Below, one piece after another: positions 1 through 10,577 of a stretch of 64,000 nucleotides of DNA. The DNA is from Gammaproteobacteria bacterium. GTDB taxonomy: Bacteria > Pseudomonadota > Gammaproteobacteria > JAJFKG01. A model generated the notes under the pieces. That model saw only the letters and a list, made by a program, of their open reading frames with translations, was not told where the DNA came from and searched no databases. Positions within the stretch are counted from its first letter, which is position 1, and each line of letters opens with the position of its first letter. The position numbers were made by a program, and so were the translations under genes. The stretch covers positions 2,058,503 through 2,122,502 of the forward strand of contig OZ220716.1 in the NCBI GenBank assembly GCA_965116795.1, in the 5' to 3' direction.

Positions 1-3000
1 AATACATCCACCATCATCGCTTGCTGTCCTCTCACATCATTAGGAATAGCCGCTATGTTTGTAGCACTACCTGCTTGCAACGGTGATGTCATGTTCACTC
101 CATTTACCATCACTTGCGTTAACTGCGTCACCTGTTGCAACTGCGCAATTGCTAATTGGCTATTATCAACTGTCAGTGCCACCATACGGACATTTGCGCA
201 ACGCGCAACAGCCATTATCACTTGTTCAGTCATCACAGTATCCAACGATGCTCCAGTGATGCACAGTGCGGCCATGTTGTGATTGCTTTGTAATAGGGTT
301 AGCAGTGGCATCAGTGAGGTGGCGATGTTCTTTGGTGACAAGGTCACTAATACTGTGTGCGCATCAGGATTAAACGCCACCAATCCCATAACTAAGGCTA
401 CTTGATTCGGTTCGATTGCTGTTATGTCTAATTGTACCACTGCATCTGATGCATATGGCAACAATGACAACACCGATTGCTGCCAGACTTTCATATTCCA
501 CTTTGGAAAGCTTGATACCGCCTGTTGGCTGACATGTTCCATACAATGCCATAGCTCTACGCGTATCGCCGGGCAGTTATCTACATTCAGTCTCGGCAGC
601 ACTTGATAAAACTGCAACGCTTTGTGTAAACCATTATCACTCAATTGCGCACACTCACTCACATCCAATGCTTTCAGTCCTTCACAGAACAACGTCAATT
701 CGGTCAATACCGGACTGTGCTTGATTGTCGCCAACGTCAACGCTCGTGATTGAATAGCAAGGGCACTTAACTGAAGATTGTCACTGACATTCACTCGCCG
801 CAGGTGTGGCAGATTAATCGGGTCATAACTGACGACTCGATTTACCAGCCCTGCGACCACTCTATTACCCAAGCCCTCAAGTTTGGGTAATTGCCTTAGT
901 GTCAATGTCGTCAAGTGCGATGTGTACTTTTCAATTGTCTTACCCAATTTATCGCTCACTTGCGGGCAATCTATCAACGTTAACCGACTGAGCTCCGGTG
1001 CATTTTTCAGTAACGCTGCGAGAGTCTCATCCGTCAATGCCGCACAGTGACGAATCGTCAATGTGTGAAACCCAATTTGCTCATTGACAATCAGTTTCAA
1101 TATCGCCTTTTGTTTTGCCTCATCCGCCTGCTTGCTGCCCGCTACCATCATCTGCCTAAAGTCCAAACGATTCACCACGTCTTCCTTGACCTGCTCCGAT
1201 AATATGGCTTGAAACACCGAGGTGTTCCCATCCGCTAACGCGCTTACATAAGAGGCTAACTTCGCCTTCTGCTCCACCCCTTGGCTCAACTGCATCAACG
1301 CATGCCTTGGGGTAAAACTCACTCCCTTATCGCCGTCTTCTAACAACGCCTTTTGCTCTTTGTCTGAGAACCCCGCCGCTTGTAGTGCTTGACGACTGGT
1401 GGTCAAAGTCGCATAGCGCCCGGCTATCGCGGTGGAGTAATGGGTGTTAGCTACCTCATGAAACCGCGCAGCCACTTCCTCCGACTCTTCATGCACCTCA
1501 AACGCTTCTTCATACACAACGCCTAAGCTCGGGGTGATTTCTTTTAATAATTGCAAATGGGTTATCATCGGATTGTCATGCAACGCTTGCTGTAACCGCA
1601 CCAACCTGTCCCACATCTCGGTTATCGCCCCATCGCGAAATGGAACCGTCACCACCACCGGCAAACGCTCACGCACTTCGCGCAGGGCCACCTTGCGGGC
1701 TAACTGTTTCAAATCAACTTTCACTTTAAATAACCGGTGACGCGCTTTCTTATCAAATAAACTCATTGAGCGTTCATGATAGGCCATTAACTGCTCTAAC
1801 CAGCTTTCTAAAAATGCGACTGGGTTCAAATGAAGTAAGCGCTGCCGCACGGCTGGATGGACTGGCCGTCGCATAGTATCCAAACAAAATAACACACATT
1901 TGACTTGCAACGTCCGATGCCCTTTTTCCATCATCACTGGTTTGACAAACGCATGGTCATTGTCAATCCCCACAATGCGATAACGCGTGACAGATTGGCC
2001 ATCCGGCCGTGTTGTTATCACCGGTAACAGTTGATAGTTATCCGGCTTACCATCTTCAGGGTGCACTAACATCGCCAACAGGATTTGCTCGCAAGTGTAC
2101 TGCGGATGTAACTGGCGTAATACGGCGTTAACCTGTGCTTTCTTAGGCTGATTCAACGCCGTTTGTAAGTTCTCTCCAGGCACCGTCTGTGAGATGAGTA
2201 CCGGATAGGCAACATCTTTGGCATCAAAAAACGAAAACACCTCATTGGGTGCGGTATGTTCACCAAACAACAACCGACTAAACACTCCAACCGCCATCTC
2301 AATCCCCGGCATCTCCGGATTCTCTTTGATATGCCAGTTGGCTTGATTGTGCTTGACCGCTTTCACTATCCGCCGTCCATACTCGGTGGCCTCACCCTGA
2401 ACATCAAACACCCGCTTATCGGTTAATAACTGCTGCGCCAACAAGGGCGGCAATATCACATTGCCGCATTGACTGCCATGCACCACAACAGTAGATTTGC
2501 TCTGTTTACCACTGGCTGTTTGCCATATCTGTTGGCTTAACCCCCACGCGACTGACAGGTTGCGCTCGGCTAACCGCTCTAAGGTGGCTTGCAATATTGA
2601 CCGTTGTGCCAATGCCCCAGACTCGTGCACGCGCTTCACAATCATCTCACCATTGGCATGCACTCCAGCGCCTTTATTGATGAGCACCTCAAACCAGTGC
2701 CACTTCTCTCGGCCTTGTTTCATCGTCTTATCTAACGCCGTCTCATGCTTAAACACATCTTTGGCTTCAAGGTTTGCTCCATAGGCTATCAATGCCTCCA
2801 ACAACCTCAACGCACTGTCCGATTGTGCTGGTGTTAATCGTTCTGGCTCCGGCGTCACATTGACCCACTGCAATAACGGGGTATACCCAGACGCATTGTA
2901 CTGGTTGGGTTGACACGTATGATGACCTAATAACACGTAACTCATGAGTGTGACTGTCTTACTATCTGGGTAATTCAAATAACTCGCACACAATTGATGC

Positions 3001-6000
3001 AGGGCGGTATTCTCACTCTCATCGGCCAGACTCACTTGCGCGCCCAAGTCTAATAACCGTTGCGCCACAAAGGGACGACCTTGGCTCACCGCGTCTCGAA
3101 ACCACCCTTGCAGTCGTGGCCGGATAGCCTCTGCAGTGACACCTTGCCAATAATCTTGCAGCGTCAATCCCGGTAACAACGACAATGCTTCGACCACTGA
3201 CCATTGTTGATGTGGCGGTATCAACGCCCAATCCAATTGCCTCACCTCACTTATCGCCTGCTGTGTGGCACTGACCATCGGGTTCGTCTCATCAGCACAC
3301 TGCCCCTGTTCCCACTGCGGCGGCCATTCTTCCAATAACCGCTTCACCGGACAACTGCCCCCCATCTTAAAGAATTGGTATAGATTAGCTTCCGCCGCCA
3401 ATGAACCAGGCAGTGGGCTATCCAGCTGGCTTAATCCCTGATAGGCACTGTCCACCAACGGATAGAGCTGTGCGAAACACTGGCCTAAAGTGACATCGGC
3501 ATTGCTTTGCAAGATATCGTGTAACAGGCGCCATTGTGCTTTGATAAACGGCCACACTTGTTGTGGTAACTGAACCGGAATATCGATGGCTCGCAATGCT
3601 TTCTCACTTACCACTCCTTGGGCTAACCACTGCTGATAATCATTGTCGCGCTTGGCTAGCAAACTCAACCAGGTCAGATACCGCCCGTCAGCTGACATCG
3701 ATAAGCAGTGCTTACGCACAGCCGGGTGTATCGGCAAATCCATCAACTCGGGTAATACCAGCAGCAGGTTTTTTAGCTCCAGCGATAACTGCCCTTCTTC
3801 ATTGACACTAAACGGCATCTTTAAACTTAAATCATTATCAATTGCCACAATCCGACACCGTTGCAATTGCTTATCCCCATCGTAGTCTAACTGCAACATG
3901 AAATTATCAAACTTGCCATCACAGGGGAGAGTGAGTAATAACCCAATCCATAACGCACTCATCGCCTCGGTGTCCAGGTAACGTTCGGTTAATAGCTGTG
4001 GCACTACCGTTAACGCTGTCTCTAACGGCGTATTCGGTAACAGCTTAAATAGTCGTTTGGCATGCTTGAATTGCTGCAATAACCCCGCAATGTCTTGCCT
4101 TGCCATCAACTCAGGGTATTGACACACCACCCCCAATACCGTGCGTAATCCATCCACTGACCCACCAGCCCCTAAGAACCCCTCAAACAATCCTCGAAAG
4201 GCACTGCGACGATTGGCCTCAGGTCTGCCAGCCGATTGCTGAATGTCAACTAACTGTACCTCATCCGCTTTACCCGCACACACCGTTTCAAAGGCATGGC
4301 GTAACACATCACTTAACGCCGCACGTTCAGCTTCATTATCTAACGCAAGCGCATTAAATACATCCGGGTAATGCTGTTTAGCTGCTGCCAGTGCGTCAGC
4401 AAACTCGCCTCGAGCATCATTCAACAGCATTATCATCGCCTCCATTGACAACCGTGATTGCCAACTCCCAATGGCTTCACGACACTCAATGAAGTCTTTA
4501 AAACACATCCCGGTAACCGTTAACCCGCCTTGTACTAAGCTACCGGTCATCAACATACGCTCTTTTTCACCTTGAATAGGCACAGCACCCACACTCAATA
4601 ATGTACTGGGCGCTGCGGTTAATAATTGCCCTGCTATTAACTGCATTAAATTGTTAACGGCATACTCTTTCCCGGGATTAATTGGAAACTCAGGCTTACT
4701 GTTGGGTTTATAATGCACGCCATTTAACGCCACAACGGCATGAGACCCCGCTTGATTGGCTTTGACTTCCTTGCCAGCGTCATCGATACACAACAATTGA
4801 CGGGCAACGGCAACCGGTAAGTGGTAATACCCTTCCCCTAATAACGCCACACTGGCACGCCCTTGATAAGCCGATAATCTTTGCTCACCCCGTTGTTGAA
4901 TCACGACATTGGCCGCGGCATATTCACGCGCTATCACCTGCAGCTGCCTCAACGCCTGATGGCGCATTAACCAATGGGCACGGCCCACCACCTCAATAGC
5001 TTGTTGCACTAACAAGGTGACATTCTCTAAACGTGGCAATACTCTCTCAACGCTATCAGCATCTCTCACGAGCTGATACACAGGAACACAACGCCCTAGT
5101 ACTTGCATCAACACACCCTGTACCTGGACATCCATAACGGGGGATGCCCGCACCAAGACGTACAGCTCTGCCAGAGCACCGCTGTGCATATCAACCTGCA
5201 ACAGGGTATCCGCATCTTCACCAGAAACCCCTAATGCATTAATGCACTCAATGAGCTGGGCATACTGACTGCCCAATAAACAGGCTAACTGATGAGCCGT
5301 TAACGAAGCTTGCAATTGACTGGCATCAGAAGAAGGGACTAACGCCAGGTCATCTTCAATCGTAGCGTTAGCAATACTCACTTCAACAGCCACACTTTCA
5401 CTGTCTGACACAGTCAGCGGCTCTGAGGAAGTCAAACGCACATCTTCTTCATCATCACTAACCACATCTTCTTTTTTCTTGGTGCGTCGCTGTGATTTCA
5501 AGCGTTGCCAGGGACTATCTTGCGCTGAGATACGTTCTAACCTAACCACACTGTCTTGCACTGTCTGCAATTGTTTTTGTGCTTTAATAAATCCCTGTTG
5601 TGCGGCCAACTGCCACCACTTGATGGCATAACCCATATTTCTTTCAACCCCTTCTTCTATTCGTCCTTCAGCATAAGCCAGCCCCAATCGATACTGTGCC
5701 ACGGTATTGCCTTGTTCAGCCTGTTGTAAAACATCTGGGAAACTCACCCCCTTCCAATACTTAATAGTTTTATCAGAACTCCCACTTAAGACAAATCCAT
5801 TGTCCAGCACCGCCAAGGCATAAACATTATCCTTATGCCCCTTCCAGGTGCCGATACACTGCGCCTTACCTGCCTCATCAACCTTCCAACACTTAATGGT
5901 GTTATCCCTACTTCCACTAACAACAAATTCATTATCCAGCACCGCCAAGGCATAAACGTAACCCGTATGCCCCTCCCAGGTACCCCTACACTGCGCCTTG

Positions 6001-6842
6001 CCTGTCTCATCGACCTTCCAACACTTAATAGTGTCATCAGAACTCCCACTTAAGACAAATCCATTGTCCAGCACCGCCAAGGCTAAAACACCACCCGTAT
6101 GCCCCTCCCAGGCGCCAATACACTGAGCCTGTCCTGACTCACCGACCTTCCAACACTTAATGGTTCCATTTTGACCTCCACTTACGACAAATCCATTATC
6201 CAGCACCGCCAAGGCTTCAATATAACCCGTATGCCCTTTCCAGGTCCCAATACACTGCGCCTGTCCTTCCTCATCGACCTTCCAACACTTAATGGTTCTG
6301 TCCCTACTTGCACTTAAGACAAATCCATTATCCAGCACCGCCAAGGCAGTAACCCAATTCATATGCCCCTCCCAGGTGCCAATACACTGCGCCTTGCCTG
6401 ACTCATCGACCTGCCAGCACTTAATACTGTTGTTATAACCTATGCCTACACCATTACCTGCTCCACTCAAGACAAATCCATTGTCCAGCACCGCCAAGGC
6501 ATAAACGTAACCCGTATGCCCCTCCCAGGTACCCCTACACTGCGCCTTGCCTGTCTCATCGACCTTCCAACACTTAATAGTGTCATCAGAACTCCCACTT
6601 AAGACAAATCCATTGTCCAGCACCGCCAAGGCATCAACAGAACCCGTATGCCCCTCCCAGGTGCTTAAACAGGCTCCTGCTTGTTTAACTTTGGCGCTCA
6701 TATCCATTGGTGCAGTCACGTTAGTGGCTGCTACCTTTGTCACCTCTTTCTCTTCAGAAAGCCCCTCTTTGCTTTTTACGTCGTTGGTTTCCTCTTCTTT
6801 CTCAGTTTCTTTCTGACGTAGTTGTGATTTATCGCCTAGCAT
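1..6842 (-). CDS. Giant eukaryote-like multidomain protein (WD40x7 - Sel1 - atypical kinase - ankyrin - atypical kinase - LRR); C-terminus lies outside the window
   Basis: ATG at 6842 with AGGGGA RBS; frame open wherever translated by hand down to position 3 (MLGDKSQLRQ...QAMMVDV). Motifs: GH...WK repeats; AQYRLGLAYAEG...KWWQLAAQQG; DGKFDN/IDND (3831-3920); ENTALHQ, GYTPLL, HETALD; DGKPDN/IDNDHAF (1947-2054); LTIRHCAALTDE/LTLIDCPQVSD. Absent from the ORF track, consistent with no in-window stop. Confidence 0.9.
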   Translation of the reverse strand, partial: MLGDKSQLRQKETEKEEETNDVKSKEGLSEEKEVTKVAATNVTAPMDMSAKVKQAGACLSTWEGHTGSVDALAVLDNGFVLSGSSDDTIKCWKVDETGKAQCRGTWEGHTGYVYALAVLDNGFVLSGAGNGVGIGYNNSIKCWQVDESGKAQCIGTWEGHMNWVTALAVLDNGFVLSASRDRTIKCWKVDEEGQAQCIGTWKGHTGYIEALAVLDNGFVVSGGQNGTIKCWKVGESGQAQCIGAWEGHTGGVLALAVLDNGFVLSGSSDDTIKCWKVDETGKAQCRGTWEGHTGYVYALAVLDNEFVVSGSRDNTIKCWKVDEAGKAQCIGTWKGHKDNVYALAVLDNGFVLSGSSDKTIKYWKGVSFPDVLQQAEQGNTVAQYRLGLAYAEGRIEEGVERNMGYAIKWWQLAAQQGFIKAQKQLQTVQDSVVRLERISAQDSPWQRLKSQRRTKKKEDVVSDDEEDVRLTSSEPLTVSDSESVAVEVSIANATIEDDLALVPSSDASQLQASLTAHQLACLLGSQYAQLIECINALGVSGEDADTLLQVDMHSGALAELYVLVRASPVMDVQVQGVLMQVLGRCVPVYQLVRDADSVERVLPRLENVTLLVQQAIEVVGRAHWLMRHQALRQLQVIAREYAAANVVIQQRGEQRLSAYQGRASVALLGEGYYHLPVAVARQLLCIDDAGKEVKANQAGSHAVVALNGVHYKPNSKPEFPINPGKEYAVNNLMQLIAGQLLTAAPSTLLSVGAVPIQGEKERMLMTGSLVQGGLTVTGMCFKDFIECREAIGSWQSRLSMEAMIMLLNDARGEFADALAAAKQHYPDVFNALALDNEAERAALSDVLRHAFETVCAGKADEVQLVDIQQSAGRPEANRRSAFRGLFEGFLGAGGSVDGLRTVLGVVCQYPELMARQDIAGLLQQFKHAKRLFKLLPNTPLETALTVVPQLLTERYLDTEAMSALWIGLLLTLPCDGKFDNFMLQLDYDGDKQLQRCRIVAIDNDLSLKMPFSVNEEGQLSLELKNLLLVLPELMDLPIHPAVRKHCLSMSADGRYLTWLSLLAKRDNDYQQWLAQGVVSEKALRAIDIPVQLPQQVWPFIKAQWRLLHDILQSNADVTLGQCFAQLYPLVDSAYQGLSQLDSPLPGSLAAEANLYQFFKMGGSCPVKRLLEEWPPQWEQGQCADETNPMVSATQQAISEVRQLDWALIPPHQQWSVVEALSLLPGLTLQDYWQGVTAEAIRPRLQGWFRDAVSQGRPFVAQRLLDLGAQVSLADESENTALHQLCASYLNYPDSKTVTLMSYVLLGHHTCQPNQYNASGYTPLLQWVNVTPEPERLTPAQSDSALRLLEALIAYGANLEAKDVFKHETALDKTMKQGREKWHWFEVLINKGAGVHANGEMIVKRVHESGALAQRSILQATLERLAERNLSVAWGLSQQIWQTASGKQSKSTVVVHGSQCGNVILPPLLAQQLLTDKRVFDVQGEATEYGRRIVKAVKHNQANWHIKENPEMPGIEMAVGVFSRLLFGEHTAPNEVFSFFDAKDVAYPVLISQTVPGENLQTALNQPKKAQVNAVLRQLHPQYTCEQILLAMLVHPEDGKPDNYQLLPVITTRPDGQSVTRYRIVGIDNDHAFVKPVMMEKGHRTLQVKCVLFCLDTMRRPVHPAVRQRLLHLNPVAFLESWLEQLMAYHERSMSLFDKKARHRLFKVKVDLKQLARKVALREVRERLPVVVTVPFRDGAITEMWDRLVRLQQALHDNPMITHLQLLKEITPSLGVVYEEAFEVHEESEEVAARFHEVANTHYSTAIAGRYATLTTSRQALQAAGFSDKEQKALLEDGDKGVSFTPRHALMQLSQGVEQKAKLASYVSALADGNTSVFQAILSEQVKEDVVNRLDFRQMMVAGSKQADEAKQKAILKLIVNEQIGFHTLTIRHCAALTDETLAALLKNAPELSRLTLIDCPQVSDKLGKTIEKYTSHLTTLTLRQLPKLEGLGNRVVAGLVNRVVSYDPINLPHLRRVNVSDNLQLSALAIQSRALTLATIKHSPVLTELTLFCEGLKALDVSECAQLSDNGLHKALQFYQVLPRLNVDNCPAIRVELWHCMEHVSQQAVSSFPKWNMKVWQQSVLSLLPYASDAVVQLDITAIEPNQVALVMGLVAFNPDAHTVLVTLSPKNIATSLMPLLTLLQSNHNMAALCITGASLDTVMTEQVIMAVARCANVRMVALTVDNSQLAIAQLQQVTQLTQVMVNGVNMTSPLQAGSATNIAAIPNDVRGQQAMMVDV
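5751..6671 (-). repeat. Seven tandem 132-bp (44-aa) WD40 repeats with high internal DNA identity
   Basis: Anchor cagcaccgccaaggc recurs at a 132-bp period (one unit has a 21-bp insertion); 5935-6083 is identical to 6484-6632. Confidence 0.95.
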
Positions 6843-7399
6843 AAGTATTCCCCTGTGCGCGTTGTGGTGAATTGATTGATGATGTTAATGAAAAAAAGTG
6901 TTGTTTGTACTGAATGAGTTGGCAAGTAAAGATAAAATTGTCTTCGAATACTACTTCTGAAAAAGGCGTGGGGGACGACTCGGACTCAGAATGAGCCTCG
7001 GGCAACACAAATTGCCCCATTCCTCTTTCTCTTAAAGGTGAAGAACCAAGCGCCATAACTGTAAACTTCCTGTAATTGCCAAATTACATAAAATGCCCAT
7101 GCACAAACGCTACTGAACGACTCATTGTTATTGCATTTAAGCAAAGAAGCTATTTGCACATAACAAAAAACCTCTGCAGTTAGCGTGCAATATCAATACT
7201 CTTTGAATTTGAGGACGCAAATAAACTGGCAAGATTTATCGTCGATTAGGATATGCAATTTTTTCGACGCTGTTTATTTGAAATGGCTTACTCCTTGCCA
7301 ATCACAGTAACTATAATCTACAGAAAGAATCAAATGCAAGTATTTACTGGCTGCACAATAAATAATGATATTAGTAAAACTTCACATTCACTTGCATTG

Positions 7400-7777
7400 T
7401 TACTGCCAAACATTAAGATAGATGACTATTTTTCTAAGGGTTGCCTTCCATGTTCGCCAAGCGGTGGTTCTGTCGCAACCCAATTGACGACAAATTAATT
7501 TCCATGACACATGCTCAGCTTTTCGCCATAACAACTTGCGCTCATCTACCGTTAACCACCGCATCCACTCAAAGACTTGCTCAAGGGCAGCAATCATCTC
7601 AGGTGTTGCCGGTAATCGTAGTTGTCTGGGTTCTTCTTCCATCGGTGAGCGCACTATGTCAGGCCACGCATGCACATACCCTTTAATATGTAGTGGTGGC
7701 AATCGTCGTATCGTCACCACAGCACGCTCCAATTCTTGTACCACTTGCTCCTCTGTCCACTCACGTTGTTTTGTCAT
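7400..7777 (-). CDS. DUF6362-like phage protein with C-terminal sigma-region-4-like HTH
   Basis: WTEEQVVQELERAVVTIRRLP...WPDIVRS...WKLICRQLGCDRTTAWRTW; likely start ATG 7777, overlapping the RuvC-like gene. Confidence 0.75.
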   Translation of the reverse strand: MTKQREWTEEQVVQELERAVVTIRRLPPLHIKGYVHAWPDIVRSPMEEEPRQLRLPATPEMIAALEQVFEWMRWLTVDERKLLWRKAEHVSWKLICRQLGCDRTTAWRTWKATLRKIVIYLNVWQ

Positions 7778-8297
7778 GGCAACACTTACCTTGCATACCA
7801 AAACCAAACTGTGAACACGCATAATGTAAAAGTGCAATGGCATCAGCCTCGTTATCATCTTCAGGGTTATGGCCTAATGCATACACAGCAGTAATAACCG
7901 CTTTTTTACTTGCATTACCTTTGCCGGTGACGAACTTCTTTATGGTGCCAACTCCTACACCTTGATACGCAATGCTATGTTGTTCGCAGTAACTGGTTAA
8001 CGTACTCAAGAAACCACCGTACACGTGCGAGGCATCGACACCTAAGTGGCGCCTCACTTCTTCGAAGTACACCGCATCAATGTTTCCCATCACCGCATGG
8101 ATTTCTTCTAGCCACTGACCAAAGCGCAAGTACCGCATGCCACCGCCCTCGAATCTTTTCTGCTGAAAACTCATCACTCCACTCATCACATGCCCATTGT
8201 GATTGATGACCGCCCAGCCGGTTGTTGTGCCTAAATCGAGACACAACAACACCGGACACTTTCCTTCTTGAGTTGGCTTGTTTAACTGCATCTTCAT
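7761..8297 (-). CDS. RuvC-like Holliday junction resolvase (phage type)
   Basis: LCLDLGTTTGWA, YFEEVRRH, GKGNASK, DDNEADAIALL motifs. Confidence 0.88.
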   Translation of the reverse strand: MKMQLNKPTQEGKCPVLLCLDLGTTTGWAVINHNGHVMSGVMSFQQKRFEGGGMRYLRFGQWLEEIHAVMGNIDAVYFEEVRRHLGVDASHVYGGFLSTLTSYCEQHSIAYQGVGVGTIKKFVTGKGNASKKAVITAVYALGHNPEDDNEADAIALLHYACSQFGFGMQGKCCHDKTT

Positions 8298-10513
8298 TAT
8301 GCCGCCCCCTCATCAACGTTATAGTCTTGGTTAGGCTTACGCTTAATTGGCAGTACCTCTGAGGTTTGCTTACTCTTGTAATGAGTGGGATAAACCGTTT
8401 TAAATGTCAGCTTATTTTCACTCGTTGCTGAATTTCCCTGCGGTTTACGCTCTGGAATTTGCATGCTTTCCACACACAGAAAACCAAACTTAGTGCGTAG
8501 TGGATTAGGTAATCCATACCCCGTGGCATCTTTAAAGAATTTTACTTGCCCTTTTGTTGTTAACACATCAAGTTGTTTGCGAATCGCATGCATACTCCCT
8601 AACCCTGATTGACTCTCAAACGCCTGACAAAATTGGTTCATGGTATACATCCTGCCTGCACGAGCTTCATCACGAATGATGTTTAAGATGATATCCTGCT
8701 TGCGTTTACGCTCCGCTGCTAGTTTGGCTGCCCACTTATTTTTTCTAGGTTGTTTGTGACTTACGTCTACTTCACACCAATACCCATCAAGTTGGTCAAT
8801 ACACTTAGGCAACACAGCATCACCATTGCGCAATTCAAACACCAGCTTCCTCGGTGACAATTGCTCGTCTTCTTTAAACAACATCACACCAGTGGTGTAA
8901 TAGCTACGCAAACTACTAGCACCGGATAACGCTTGGAATGGGTCGGCTAACAATTCTTGCTTGCGCATCTTGCGGGTATGGTGAGCGAGTATCAGCCCTG
9001 CCTCTGGATTAACCGCATCGCGCAACACGTCCAAACGTTGTTGCAAGAAAAACAACATGGAGGAATTGTTATTTTCACCCAAGTCGTCCTCGCCGCCATC
9101 AAACACATTGCGCAACGGGTCAACCGCAATGATATCCACTGGCTCACGACTAAAATGCTGTTGAATAGTCTGCTGCACTTCTGCTACGCCATCCTCATCA
9201 AGCAACCGATTGGATTGAGGCGTCATCACTAAATTTTTTCTGATTAAAGGCATTATCTTATTATCAATACCCATTTGAGATAGCCGCTCACGCAAGTAGT
9301 GGTAGCGAACTTCTGTTTGCAGATAGAAAACCCTCAAAGGACGTGGCGGTGTTAACCCAAGAAAGGGAATACCGCCTGCCATGTGCAACAACCATGACAG
9401 TAACACATGACTTTTACCCACCTTCGGTGCGCCGCCTAATACCATTAACCCACCTGGTGTTAATACACGCGGTGCAATGAGGTCAGTTGGCATCGGTGAG
9501 GTATCATCCAATAATTCACCGGCGGTATAGGCTGGCATGACAGATTGCGTAGCATAAGTCTGGCGTGGTGCGGCTTGAAGCCATTTAGCCGCGTCGATAC
9601 CTTCTGTAACTGCATCAACCGCATCCCATTTGTTGGGTTTGTCTTCTGGAATAGTCAGCACGCTTAGCGATGACAACAATTTCATCTTTGCCAAATGTGC
9701 CGCTACCGCCTGCGCATAACGTTTGCCAGCTTCATCATTATCTGGCCAGATAATAACTCGCTTGCCAGTTAATGGTGACCAATCGGTTTTAGCAACAGGG
9801 GCTTTGGCACCAAACATCGCCGTCGTTGCCGCGATACCACAGTTAATCAAGGCATCAGCCGCTTTTTCCCCTTCGACTAAGACAACCTGTGTAGCATCTT
9901 TAATCTCAGGTTGGTTGTACAAGGGACGAGGATTAGGCGCACAGTGTTTGCGATTGACGACATCCCAAGGACGATATTGCTTACCCTCTGGTGCATCGTA
10001 ACGATATACACAGGCAATCAATTGTCCTTTAGCATCATGATAATCCCACTTTGCTGTTGATGCACCCAATGTATCATAGTGATACGAAGGCAAGTTGGTA
10101 TTAGCTGGCTCAGTTGACGCTAGTCCCAACCAGCTACTGGCAGATTGTAATACCTGAACAAATTGCGTTTTTATATCGAAGTGATGACACGCCGCCCACA
10201 AATCAAGCATGTCACCGCCCTCACCTGTTGCAAAATCGTGCCACAGACCGCGCTTGTCACGTCGCAACGTCACCCGTAAGCTATTGCCTGATTGTCCATC
10301 AATATTACCCACTTCAAAGTGTTGCTCATAAAAACGGCCTTTGGGTAGCAAGTACACCAGTACCTCTTCTACTCGTGCCCGCAAGGTGGTACGAACCTCC
10401 TTCGCACAGACAGGGGGCGCTTTTGCTTGTGCATATTCACTTGTTATTACCAGATTGTCTGATACATCATTAAAATCCAAGTAACGTTTGATAAAATCTG
10501 TCTTCTTTAACAT
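8297..10513 (-). CDS. Primase-helicase (TOPRIM + AAA_25/RepA)
   Basis: WHDFATGEGGD, VLVEGEKAAD, IWPDNDEAG (TOPRIM); Walker A GAPKVGKS; Walker B IIAVDP; HHTRK. Confidence 0.9.
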   Translation of the reverse strand: MLKKTDFIKRYLDFNDVSDNLVITSEYAQAKAPPVCAKEVRTTLRARVEEVLVYLLPKGRFYEQHFEVGNIDGQSGNSLRVTLRRDKRGLWHDFATGEGGDMLDLWAACHHFDIKTQFVQVLQSASSWLGLASTEPANTNLPSYHYDTLGASTAKWDYHDAKGQLIACVYRYDAPEGKQYRPWDVVNRKHCAPNPRPLYNQPEIKDATQVVLVEGEKAADALINCGIAATTAMFGAKAPVAKTDWSPLTGKRVIIWPDNDEAGKRYAQAVAAHLAKMKLLSSLSVLTIPEDKPNKWDAVDAVTEGIDAAKWLQAAPRQTYATQSVMPAYTAGELLDDTSPMPTDLIAPRVLTPGGLMVLGGAPKVGKSHVLLSWLLHMAGGIPFLGLTPPRPLRVFYLQTEVRYHYLRERLSQMGIDNKIMPLIRKNLVMTPQSNRLLDEDGVAEVQQTIQQHFSREPVDIIAVDPLRNVFDGGEDDLGENNNSSMLFFLQQRLDVLRDAVNPEAGLILAHHTRKMRKQELLADPFQALSGASSLRSYYTTGVMLFKEDEQLSPRKLVFELRNGDAVLPKCIDQLDGYWCEVDVSHKQPRKNKWAAKLAAERKRKQDIILNIIRDEARAGRMYTMNQFCQAFESQSGLGSMHAIRKQLDVLTTKGQVKFFKDATGYGLPNPLRTKFGFLCVESMQIPERKPQGNSATSENKLTFKTVYPTHYKSKQTSEVLPIKRKPNQDYNVDEGAA

Positions 10514-10577
10514 GGTACTATCCTCTTAAATTTCAGTTAAACAAAAATACAACTTGTCAAATCACATAGCCTCCTCA

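Noticed and set aside
5751-6671. CRISPR array or DGR template/variable repeat pair
   Set aside because: Repeats are in-frame coding units without unique spacers; differences are not adenine-specific; no cas or reverse transcriptase gene in the window.
55-6816. Many short ORFs in the track across 1-6.8 kb
   Set aside because: Shadow frames of the single long minus-strand gene.
6960-7054. tRNA, tmRNA or SRP RNA
   Set aside because: No canonical T-loop, acceptor stem or SRP tetraloop motif.
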